Shown: positions 43,965 through 56,540 of the stretch, in pieces | How positions within the stretch are numbered: the stretch's first letter is position 1 | Layout: each line of letters starts with the position of its first letter | Assembly: GCA_964016885.1 (NCBI GenBank) | Contig: OZ024740.1 | Coordinates: 97,278,001 to 97,342,000 of the forward strand | Origin: Eledone cirrhosa | Lineage: Eukaryota | DNA: 64,000 nucleotides | Reading direction: 5' to 3' | The notes under the pieces: generated by a model | The model's input: only the letters and a program-made list of their open reading frames with translations | Databases searched by the model: none | Told to the model about the DNA's origin: nothing | Position numbers and translations under genes: made by a program

Positions 43965-45228
43965 ACGCTCCTGGGGGTACCGGAAAAACTTTTGTAACGA
44001 ATTTGATTCTCGCTAAGATTCGTCAGGAGAAAAAAGTTGCGTTGTCCGTTGCATCGTCCGGGATCGCTGCTACGTTGCTGCCGGGAGGCAGGACAGCACA
44101 TTCAACCTTTAAACTCCATTTGGATTTAGTAAAAACTGAGACACTAACATGCAATATCAGCAAGAGTTCACACAAAGCTCTGGTTCTCAAAAGATGTTGC
44201 CTCATTGTTTGGGATGAGTGCACAATGGCACACAAGGGTGCCCTTGAGGCATTGGACAGGGCCCGGAAAGACATTAAGGATTCTAAGGCTCCTATGGGTG
44301 GCGTAACCCTTCTGCTATCAGGGGATTTTCGGAAAACGCTGCCTGTCATCCCCAAATGGACAAGAGCTGATGAAGTGCGTGCCTGTCTTAAGTCGTCCAT
44401 GTTGTGGCTCCAGGTGAATAGTTTGTACCTGAGCACAAATATGCGTGCTCATTTGCATGTTGTCAACATGTCTGCAGCACGGAACATTTTAGCACTAGGT
44501 GAGGGCAAGATTCCTGTGGATGACAAGGGCGGCATAGCAATCGACACCCAGTGCAACATTGTGAGCAGCCCTTCTGACCTTTGGGAACCAGTTTTTCCTA
44601 ATGTCACATCTAACTTTAAAAACCTCGATTGGCTCAGCGAAAGAGCCATCCTTGCTCCGAAAAATACCATGGTTAATTTTATTAACGAGCAGCTGATTGA
44701 GAAGATTCCCGGTAAAGAGCACATCTTCAAATCAGACCCCGACGATATCGTTAATTATCCGGTTGAGTTATTAAATCTTCTTTAGCCCCCAGGGCTCCCA
44801 GCTCACATTATTAAGCTTAGTGTTGGCTGTCCCATTATGCTAATAAGGAACTTGCGTCCACCAAAGCAGTGCAACGGTACTCGCATGGTCGTCAAGTCAC
44901 TGAAACCCACTTGATTGAGGCCACCATTGTAACGGGGTGCGGAAGAGGGGAGAATGTTTTCATTCCAAGGATGAACCTTTTCCCCTCGGCATCAGATATC
45001 CCGTTCGATTTCCGACGATCCCAAATCCCGGTGAGACCATGTTTTGCCATATCCATTAACAAGTCACAAGGGCAAACATTGTCGGTGGCGGGCATCCATT
45101 TGGAGGAGCCATGCTTCTCCCATGGCCAACTTTATGTTGCCAGTTCCCGCACAGGGAGCAGGAATGGACTTTTTGCTTACTCTCCTCAAGGGATGACACG
45201 CAATATCGTCTACAAAGAGGTGCTATAG
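43965..45228 (+). pseudogene. Helitron PIF1-family SF1 helicase, disrupted
   Basis: APGGTGKTF, VASSGIAATLL, GRTAHS, VWDECTM, GDFR, RAILAPKN, CNGTR, SINKSQGQT, FSHGQLYVA.SR, NIVYKEVL*. Confidence 0.9.
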
Positions 45229-45542
45229 ATGTTGGTGCAGGTGTTGGAGCTATGTTGTCTGGAACACTATTTCCTGGTAGGGTATCCCATGGCGGACAGA
45301 TCTGACACCCAGCGGCATCAGGGCCACCATCTTGCAACTTTGATGTACTAAATTCGCTATTAGAGGATTATTAACCCATCATTGATTGACCAAAATGCTA
45401 ATTGGTTCGTAACTTTTAATAACCGGTTCAACTGCTTTATGCACTTAATTGATAAGCTTATTCGCTTTCAAAACACGTTTACCTGTATGTAACATTTCAT
45501 AGCAAATGAACAAACCCGAGCAACGCCGGGCTAAACTGCTAG

Positions 45543-46868
<1,326 letters not shown>

Positions 46869-47163
46869 CAATGACAATATCTCACACTTCTGTAGAAAAT
46901 TACGTCTCACAGAGGAATTATTTGACAAGGAGAATAACGACGAATCAATTGTACGGAATAAAAGCAGCTACAACCCAACAAAAGGTAGAAACATAGTTCT
47001 GGACCAATTTTGTGACCACATAGCTACCTTCCCATACCATGAACTACCGCAACCTAAACCCAAACCCAACACAAGTCGAAGGGAATGGGAGATTATCCAT
47101 GAACTAAAAAACAATACGGACATTGTAATTAAGGAAGCGGACAAGGGAAGTACTGTTGTCATT

Positions 47164-49005
47164 ATGGAGGCTGAAAAATATAAAAATTCTATATTCTCTC
47201 TCTTACAAAATACTAATTACTATGAAAGAGTAAAAAACTACCAGCAATCAAAAATAATGACCAAATTAAACACACTGATTTATCGATACCAGGAAGACCT
47301 AACTAAAAAGGAACGCGATTATTTAACAAATTTTGAATACAAAACCAGCAACCTTTACGGACTTCCGAAGATCCACAAATGTAAAATAATTAACGATGCC
47401 TGTAAACAATCCACCTCAGCCTGCGTGAACACACAATACCCCACAGACCTTAAATTAACACCAATTGTAGCGGGCCCACAATGTGAAACACATAGATTGA
47501 GCAACTTTATAGACATACTACTGAAACCAATATTGAAACACATACCAAGCCTTGTAAGAGACGATCTGGACCTCTTAAACCACCTCCCCAAACATGTCAA
47601 CAACGACACTATTATTGTGCCTTTCGATGTAGTGAATCTCTACACAACGATCCCACACCAATACGGACTAGAAGCAATAGGATTCTGGCTAGAGAAATAT
47701 CCCAATGAGATACCTGACAGAATAGAAAAATGCTTCCTCATCGAGGGATTAAAGTTCATCCTACAGAACAACTTTTTTTATTTCGATGGCAATACTTACA
47801 AGCAAATATCGGGGACTGCGATGGGTACAAAAGCCGCTCCAACTTATGCCAACTTAGTCATGGCATACTTAGAAGTCCAGATATATGAACAGTCCAAATC
47901 AAAATACGGATTGAACTTCCACAAATATTTATCAGAGAATTGGAAACGCTACTTGGATGATTGCCTCATTCTTTGGTCCCACACACTCGACCAACTGAAG
48001 GATTTCAAAAACTTAATAAACGGCATCAATAACCATATCCAATTCACAATGGAATACAGCCAAGATCAACTCCCATTTCTGGACATCTTAATCATAAAAA
48101 AAGACACAAATATCGAAACTGACATACACTACAAACCAACAGATTCCAAACAATATCTGCTATTCACCTCCAACCATCCAAAGCACACGAAGACGAACAT
48201 TCCTTTTAACCTAGCAAGAAGAATTTGCACAATTGTCTCCAATTATGAAACGCGAAATAAAAGACTTCAAGAATTAAAGGAAATTCTACTCGAGAGAGAG
48301 TACCCACTATTACTAATAAATAATGGAATAGAAAGGGCTAAAGCAATAGGCATTGAAGAATTACGGAAACAGAAACAGATTCATCGTACGTCAAATATTC
48401 TATCATATATCTCAACACACAACCCAAGAAATGCGGAAGCTTACAACACTATTCACAATAACATCCCACTACTAAAACAAAACCCAAGAATGAAAAAAGC
48501 CCTTGAAACACACAAAATAATCAAAAGCAAAAGACAACCAAAATCACTGAAAACATTACTCACCAATGCCAAATTACCTACCACAAACCCACAACCAAGT
48601 ATCAAAAAATGTGGTCGCTCTAATTGTGGAACCTGCACTCACCTCATTGAAGACAACACGTATACATTTAAATCAGGACTAAATTTTACTGTAAAAAATC
48701 ACTTCACTTGCTCATCAAAAAATCTACTTTATGCCATCAAATGTAAAGGATGCAATGAAGATTATATAGGACAAACTAAACTCACACTCAGAAACAGAAT
48801 GACAGTTCATCGCCAACAATTACGAGATCCAACCACGAGACAGATACCACTAAGTGCACATCTAGACATTTGCGCAAGTAATAAGACACCCAAATTCCAA
48901 GTCTTCCCATTTTACCTTTGCGCTAACAATACAACAGAACAAATACGAATAAATAAGGAAAATATGTTTATTCAAAAATATAGACCAACATTAAATAAGG
49001 TTTAA
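47164..49005 (+). CDS. PLE reverse transcriptase + GIY-YIG endonuclease (frame open upstream: FCRKLRL..ADKGS)
   Basis: YGLPKIHK, FDVVNLYT, GTAMG, RYLDD, LPFLDI, YKPTD, SNHPKH; KKCGRSNCGTC linker; NLLYAIKC..C..YIGQT. Confidence 0.9.
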   Translation: MEAEKYKNSIFSLLQNTNYYERVKNYQQSKIMTKLNTLIYRYQEDLTKKERDYLTNFEYKTSNLYGLPKIHKCKIINDACKQSTSACVNTQYPTDLKLTPIVAGPQCETHRLSNFIDILLKPILKHIPSLVRDDLDLLNHLPKHVNNDTIIVPFDVVNLYTTIPHQYGLEAIGFWLEKYPNEIPDRIEKCFLIEGLKFILQNNFFYFDGNTYKQISGTAMGTKAAPTYANLVMAYLEVQIYEQSKSKYGLNFHKYLSENWKRYLDDCLILWSHTLDQLKDFKNLINGINNHIQFTMEYSQDQLPFLDILIIKKDTNIETDIHYKPTDSKQYLLFTSNHPKHTKTNIPFNLARRICTIVSNYETRNKRLQELKEILLEREYPLLLINNGIERAKAIGIEELRKQKQIHRTSNILSYISTHNPRNAEAYNTIHNNIPLLKQNPRMKKALETHKIIKSKRQPKSLKTLLTNAKLPTTNPQPSIKKCGRSNCGTCTHLIEDNTYTFKSGLNFTVKNHFTCSSKNLLYAIKCKGCNEDYIGQTKLTLRNRMTVHRQQLRDPTTRQIPLSAHLDICASNKTPKFQVFPFYLCANNTTEQIRINKENMFIQKYRPTLNKV

Positions 49006-49513
49006 TATACATTATCTCAACACCACAATATGACATACACACACACACACACACATGACACCTTCTACTTTAGAAAATAAAAACCCGAACTAAATAAAAC
49101 TTAACATACGTTTGCACTGGCAATACAACAGCAAACACTAAAAAGTAAGGAAAATATGTTCATTCAAAAATATTCCTACTAAAGGAATCACTTTCCTACA
49201 CACACACATACACACACACACAATATATATATATATATATATTCTCTTCATCTTAACATGCTAACCATACTCCCACACACATAACACCCATACACACACA
49301 TAACAACCCCCACACCTACAACTCCCTCCCCATTTCTACTAATAGAACCACATTCCTACACACATATATATATACACACACACAAAATATATATTCTCTC
49401 CATTTTAACATACTCGCACACACACACATAACACCCATACACACACACATAACACCCATACACACACACACAACTCCCTCCCCCATCTCTACTAATAGAA
49501 TCATCTTCCAATA

Positions 49514-49593
<80 letters not shown>

Positions 49594-50114
49594 CATACAC
49601 ACACACAAGCACACAAATAAACATACATATCTTCACTTCAATAGAAAATCTGAACTCTGACACCCCGGCGAGCTGGCCATATTCACTGAACCAGAACAAT
49701 TCTCCCAATCCCTTTTCTCTTGACCACTATCTCTCCATTGTCATAACATTCACTATAAAGACTACAGAATAGTTTTCCAAATAAGGGCGCAAAAATGTAA
49801 TGAAAACTTGTTCACGTGACAGCCAAATTTCATTTATAACCAACCAAAAAAAGTCTTCGTGAGCCTCCTTTTTTCAAGTAAAAAGAAATTCAAACACTCA
49901 TATATGAAAAAACAACCTGTGAAACCCCCACCCCTCTCTTATTTGAAGAGCTATTGTAACGCGAACTGGCGCGAAATTTATTATAATTATTGACAAACCA
50001 ATCAAATTACTTCTCGAAAAACTTGGCATTTCGAGCCACTTTTCCATATAAAACAAGTAACATTCAGAGACCAACCAGATGTGAGAAAAACCACAGAAAC
50101 TCCATCTCAACTCA

Positions 50115-50152
50115 CCTTTTGAAAAGCAGAAGAACTGCGAAACCGGTAAAGG
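50115..50152 (+). ncRNA. Hammerhead ribozyme, U3-A8 core variant
   Basis: Identical to 38366-38403; followed by AATAAA. Confidence 0.7.
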
Positions 50153-50275
50153 AACCAAATAAATATATATATTTTTTTAAAAAATAAGCATTTTCGATTT
50201 CATCTCTTTTTCTTTATACTTTCACTCGTGTAGGACATCTCGGTTATTTTTCATTTTGTAAAAAAAAAACCTCAC

Positions 50276-50281
<6 letters not shown>

Positions 50282-50351
<70 letters not shown>

Positions 50352-50459
50352 TATATATAATATATATATATATATAATTTTTATATATTATATATATATA
50401 TATAATACAAATGTAATTTTTATATATTATATGTATATATATATATATATAATATATAT

Positions 50460-50528
<69 letters not shown>

Positions 50529-50596
50529 ATATATTTTATATATATATATTTAATTTTTATATATTATATATATATATATAATTTTTATGTATTATC

Positions 50597-50627
<31 letters not shown>

Positions 50628-50739
50628 TTGTATATTATATATATATATATATGTCATTTTTATATATTCTATATATATATATAATTATTATAAATTATAT
50701 ATATATATATATATGTATAATATATATATATATAATTTT

Positions 50740-50771
<32 letters not shown>

Positions 50772-51160
50772 TTAATTTTTATATAATATATATATATATA
50801 TATATATAATATATATATATATATATAATATATATATATATATATAATAAATATATATTATATATATATAATATATATATATTATATATATATAATATAT
50901 ATATATTATATATATATAATATATATATTATATATATATATTATATACATATATATATATTTATATTATATATATATATTATATATGTATTTATATATGT
51001 TATATATATATATTATATATATATTATATGTATATATTATATATGTATATATATATTATATATATATATATTATATATATATATATTTATATATATTATA
51101 TATATATATATATTATATATATTATATATATATATATATTAGCAAGATGTATGGTAGGTC
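50282..51160. repeat. (TA)n-rich microsatellite
   Basis: Directly visible. Confidence 0.97.
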
Positions 51161-53646
51161 GTACGTAAATCGCGATGATCACGCCTGACCTACCAAATAT
51201 GCGACGGTAGCCAGTTAAGCTCTATGAGTATAAGCAGAGCAGAAATATTAATGAAAAAGAACAAAGGAACTATTATGACATTATAACAAGTTTATTCCCG
51301 ACAGCCGTTTCGTCCGACCATATGGTGGGACTTTTCAAGGCATATAACAGGTGATTGTAAGTTCATTATTTACATCAACGTTTCACTCAAGATTAGCAGC
51401 TTGAAATCGTGGTATACATCAACAGCTCAGCTTGTATATTTGGGGTCTATATTCTAAGGGGGCTCTTTTATATTAGTTGAAGGAGTTGTAAAAGGGATGG
51501 GTTATAGGGAGTTAAGAGAATTTAAAAAGGGCCTAAGAGTTAGGGATTGAAGGTTAAAAATTAAAGAATTTATAAATTACGCATTAAAAGTAAAAGAGTG
51601 GGATCTCGTAGAAGCACCTTTAAAAATCCCTCAATAGGCGCATAAAGCTTATAAGCCCCATTAAACCTAACAAACCAGAAGAGATTAAGAGAATAAAAAA
51701 CAAAAAAAAAACAAATAAATAAATAAATAAATAAAATAAAAACAAAAATAAAAATTTCCTAAAAGATTCCTTGAAAAGGAAAAAAAAATGTTCTAAGAGA
51801 TCCCCTTAAATTTTTTTAGAATATTTACGAATATTTAATAATCCCTACGAGAGTTCTAAACTCAAAACTTAAAAATTAAAATGTAAAAATCAGGGAAAAG
51901 AACTTTCAATAAGATTTAAGAGGCTAATAAAGTTAATGATTTAGGGAATCCATAATATAAAGATCAAGATTTAAGTTAGGATTAGAATTTTAAGAGTTCC
52001 AAACCCAGTAATTAAAAAAATTAACGAATTTAAGATTAAGCAATCTTATATATCCAAGATTAAAAATTAAAGATTAAGGGTTGAACATTAAATTTAATTT
52101 TAAAAATTAAGAAATAAATAGTTGAAAGAAATTAATCAATTAAAGATTAATTCAAAAAGCCTTCAAAAAATCCCTCAGAAAAGGCCCCTTTAATATTTTT
52201 TATAAAAACCTCTTCCGAAAGATCCTTCAAAGAATTAAAATTTTAGAGAACCTTTAAAAATATATATAAATGAATTGAGGAAAATTACAAATTAAAAATT
52301 AAAAATTTCGGGATTTGGGATATCCGAGAAATTTTCAAAGGGCTGCTTCAACAGATACAACAACTTAGGTATAATAAATAAAGTAATTTAAGTAATTTAA
52401 GTAATCTAATTAAGGAGCAATTCAGAGATCTTATCAAGTTGGGCAAGATTAAAGAAAATGATAAGTAAGAAAATCTATAATCAAAAAGACAATAATTATA
52501 AAATGTATTTTTAAGAAGGTATAAAATAGCTTCAGTAATCTAATAAAGTATTATCAAAAAATTATTAATAAAGGATTAACAAAGACATAATGATATATTC
52601 CTGCCTAATTAACAAACAATCAATAAACAATTAACAGTCAAGCAAATTTACTCAGGGATACCCCACGCACGGATACTTTACACACACATACAGCAATATA
52701 TAGGATTAACAAAAACATAATAATATATTCCTGCCTAATTAACAAACAATCAATAAACAATTAACAGTCAAGCAAATTAACTCATGGATATCCCACGCAC
52801 GGATACTTTACACACATACAGCAAGATGAACAATACAGGTGACCTTGTGGGTGCGATATCCATTGTGCGCATGCAGTCATCTGCATAGCTCCAGGCACAG
52901 TTGGTCTTGTTGAAAAGTTCCGAGTTCACAAATCAACTGGGATTCACTATCAGCTGTGTGGACTCTCTGGGAAATGTACCTGTGGATCAAATAGCTAGTG
53001 GTCGCAGGGTGTGGTCCGTTTGAACTTTTCCATGTAGTTTCGGTCGTGCCAGTTATTAATCCATGCGGGGGATTGCACGCGTTTACGATAGATCAGCCTG
53101 TCGGTTCTAAATCCAAGGTTTTGCTGTATAGGATATATTGGTGTACATGATATATTGGTAAAAAAGTCCAGTATGGACTTGACTGGGGTGGTATATTGCG
53201 TCTCTCGCTATTATCCCCTCCTCTCACCAATTCCAAGTTCACTCGCGACTGGTCAAATGCTAAGGGCTGTCCCCTCTTTGTTTGTTCTAGGGGTCGGTTC
53301 TAGCTTAGATGGTGGTCGTGTTATCCATGTTGCTTCTATATCCCGTCAGTCATGCATATTCAAGACAGATCACGATATATATGCAGATATTTGCGGGTAT
53401 GGTCCGGCGTCTACGCTATCCAAAGGGTCTCTCTTGTGGTATTTTCAAATTCGCATGTAATCTCCGGGTTAAGTCTGCGCATGCTTCGGTGAATCCCGTG
53501 CATGGAATCTTGGGGTATCATATTACAAGGGGTGACTAGCAGAAAATACATACACCATGCTATCGCGCACGCGCAGGCCTGTGGCTACGACCATGTCCAG
53601 TCTCGGGTAGTAGCAGACAGCAGGTAGTTCCTTTGTTCTTTTTCAT
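51160..53646 (-). mobile_element. ~2.5-kb apparently non-coding PLE-type or retrozyme-like element
   Basis: Hammerhead near its 3' end; ATGAAAAAGAACAAAGGAACTA (51251-51272) inverted at 53625-53646; ~130-bp tandem duplication at 52570-52825; (TA)n flanks. Confidence 0.55.
51295..51343 (-). ncRNA. Hammerhead ribozyme, U3-A8 core variant (second family)
   Basis: gcc-UUGAAAA-GUCCcACCAuaUGGUcGGAC-GAAAC-ggcu-GUC-ggg, then AATAAA. Confidence 0.7.
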
Positions 53647-53827
53647 ATATATATATTATATATATTATATATATATATATATTATATACATTATATATAT
53701 ATATATTATATATATAATATTTATTTTATATATATATATTATATATATTATATATATATATATATATTATATATATTATATATATATATATTATATATAT
53801 TATATATATATATATATATATAATATT

Positions 53828-53896
<69 letters not shown>

Positions 53897-53952
53897 ATAT
53901 ATATTATATATATATATTATATATATATATATATATTATATATATATATATG

Positions 53953-53997
<45 letters not shown>

Positions 53998-54010
53998 ATA
54001 GTATATATAT

Positions 54011-54044
<34 letters not shown>

Positions 54045-54184
54045 ATATATAAAATATATTATATATATATATATTATATATATATATATATTATATATAT
54101 ATATATTATATATATTATATATATACATATATCTATTATATATATATATATATATATTATATATATTATATATATATATTATAT

Positions 54185-54472
54185 ATTTATTAAAATAACA
54201 AATTAAAGTTTATGCAAAGAATCTGTGCTTTCACCCTTAACGGGATCTTCTGAAACTAACAATGTCAATCTGTAAACGCAGAAGTGGATATTTCAAAAAA
54301 TGTTGCGACCGGAGGAAGACAGGAAGACGATACTGTCTTCTTCCGGTTGCAACGTTTTTTGAAATATCCACTTCTGCGTTTACAGATTGACTTTGTTAGT
54401 TTCAGAAGATCCCGTTAAGGGTGAAAGCAGCGATTCTTTGCTTAAACTTTAATCTGTTATTTTAATAAATAT
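54185..54472. mobile_element. Solo PLE terminal folded back into a palindrome (family of 38562-40408)
   Basis: Arms match 38562-38700 and 40270-40408; axis near 54327. Confidence 0.85.
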
Positions 54473-54582
54473 TTGCTCTACGGTTCTTATATATTTGATA
54501 TATATGTATCCTTATCGAGCACTCTTTGGATTTTAGTCTTCAAATTTATTATTATTACTATATATATTATATATATATATAT

Positions 54583-54616
<34 letters not shown>

Positions 54617-54800
54617 ATATATAATATCTTTGTTCTTTTCTCTTTCTTTTTTCTCTTTCTTTCTCTCCGACTTTTTCTAATTGTGCTTAACACTATGACT
54701 TATTATATGAAGACATCACTATCCAGACAGCCTCCAAAAGTAATGGTTGTATTTTAAAGGGTACGTCAAACCTATTTGTAAAACTGTTATATATTGTATT

Positions 54801-54854
54801 TTGTCTGATGAAGGCATACCATAATTTAATGTGGTATCCCTGAAATATGTACAA
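54801..54854 (+). ncRNA. Imperfect hammerhead in a PLE-type tail (54625-54990)
   Basis: uugu-CUGAUGA-AGgcAUACCA...UGGUAUccCU-GAAA-uau-GUA-caa; homologue on minus at ~63225-63282. Confidence 0.55.
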
Positions 54855-54990
54855 TGAAATAAATATAGTTTTATAAATATAGTTTCCATTTATTAATATC
54901 GTATATCTACTCCAAAAATGTGTCGAGTGCTTTATATCATTTATAAAAATATTTACTTGTATCCCAACAATTTTAACTAGAACTTTTGCA

Positions 54991-55087
<97 letters not shown>

Positions 55088-55089
55088 TA

Positions 55090-55120
<31 letters not shown>

Positions 55121-55132
55121 CTTATATATATA

Positions 55133-55183
<51 letters not shown>

Positions 55184-55239
55184 ATTATATTACATATATA
55201 TATATATATATTACATATATATATTATATATATATTACA

Positions 55240-55282
<43 letters not shown>

Positions 55283-55294
55283 ATATATATATTA

Positions 55295-55369
<75 letters not shown>

Positions 55370-55373
<4 letters not shown>

Positions 55374-56364
55374 CATTAAAGACCGGCGTTGCTCGGGGTC
55401 ATTAAGTTACCAAAGTTAAGTTGCACCACCCATTTTATGGCAGCACTTTTTTGTCTGCCAGGCACTGGGTGAATGAATTGCAGACCTGGAAGCATGAGCT
55501 GCACCAGCAGTGACAATTGTAGTTTCGCCTCTGGATATTATCTCTGTGGAAAAAAGTGCTGAAATTTATTGTTTCACAGTAATTGCGCAACACACGCGTA
55601 GACGATGCCAGCCGAACAACAGAGCTGCGATGGAGTTGTTCTGCATGGTTGTCTGTGTGTTTTCTAAATTTAAGACAATAGGGAGGGTTGTGAAATGAGG
55701 GAGAGTTAGCTGTTGTTTCTAGCAGGTTTAGTGACCTCATAGAGGATACGTGTTTTCTAAATTTAAGACAGTAGGGAGTGGTGTGATATGGGGGAGAGTT
55801 AGCTGCTGTTTCTAGCAGGTTTAGTGACCTCATAGAAGATATGTTTTCTAAATTTAAGACATTAGGGAGGGGTGTGATATGGGGGAGAGTTAGCTGCTGT
55901 TTCTAGCAGGTTTAGTAACCTCATAGAGGATATGTGTTTTCTAAATTTAAGACAGTACGGAATGGTGTGGGGAGGGGTGTGATATGGGGGAGAGTTAGCT
56001 GCTGTTTCTAGCTGGTTTAGTAACCTCATAGAGGATATGTGTTTTCTAAATTTAAGACAGTAGGGAGTGGTGTGAACGGACAGTATCACCATCAAGCTTG
56101 GAAAGAGAAAGTAGTATAAAGTATGAAGTTGTATAGATTTTGAATGGTAGTGGAAAGAGTTTAGCAGTTTAAATGACAGAGGAAAATCGTAAAATATTGA
56201 GTTTTATCTATTTTTGGGGTAATTGTGGGTGAAATTGATAAATTTATCTGCGTCAAGACGCAATCGAAACTATTTCGAATACTGAGTTGTAAATTTCAAT
56301 TGAAGAAATTCTATATCGTAGATTTCTATAACGAAGGAGCTTGATCACACACTGAGTTTATAGA
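55370..56364 (-). mobile_element. Non-autonomous Helitron with internal ~88-bp tandem repeats
   Basis: A|TC 5' end (TCTATAAACTCAGTGTGT), 3' hairpin CCCGAGCAACGCCGG nearly identical to the large Helitron, CTAA|T end; repeats at 55660-56075. Confidence 0.8.
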
Positions 56365-56454
56365 TTATGATATATATATATATATATTATATATATATAT
56401 TATATATATATTATATATATATTATATATATATATATTATATATATATATATAT

Positions 56455-56486
<32 letters not shown>

Positions 56487-56540
56487 CATATCAGTATATA
56501 TATATATAGTATATATATTATATATATATATATATATATA

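Larger units (their letters stand above)
41418..45542 (+). mobile_element. Internally deleted Helitron
   Basis: A|TC 5' end (TCTATAAAAGTTAG), 3' hairpin CCCGAGCAACGCCGGG 45515-45530, CTAG|T end; PIF1 helicase remnant. Confidence 0.92.
46867..50281 (+). mobile_element. 5'-truncated Neptune-like PLE with open RT-GIY-YIG frame and hammerhead-bearing tail
   Basis: Open frame from ~46867 to 49005; 3' UTR with (CA)n; hammerhead at 50115; (TA)n flanks. Confidence 0.9.

Noticed and set aside
44003-45228. Host PIF1 helicase gene
   Set aside because: Intronless, disrupted and enclosed by Helitron termini
55660-56075. CRISPR-like repeat array
   Set aside because: Contiguous tandem units without unique spacers, no cas genes, eukaryotic Helitron context
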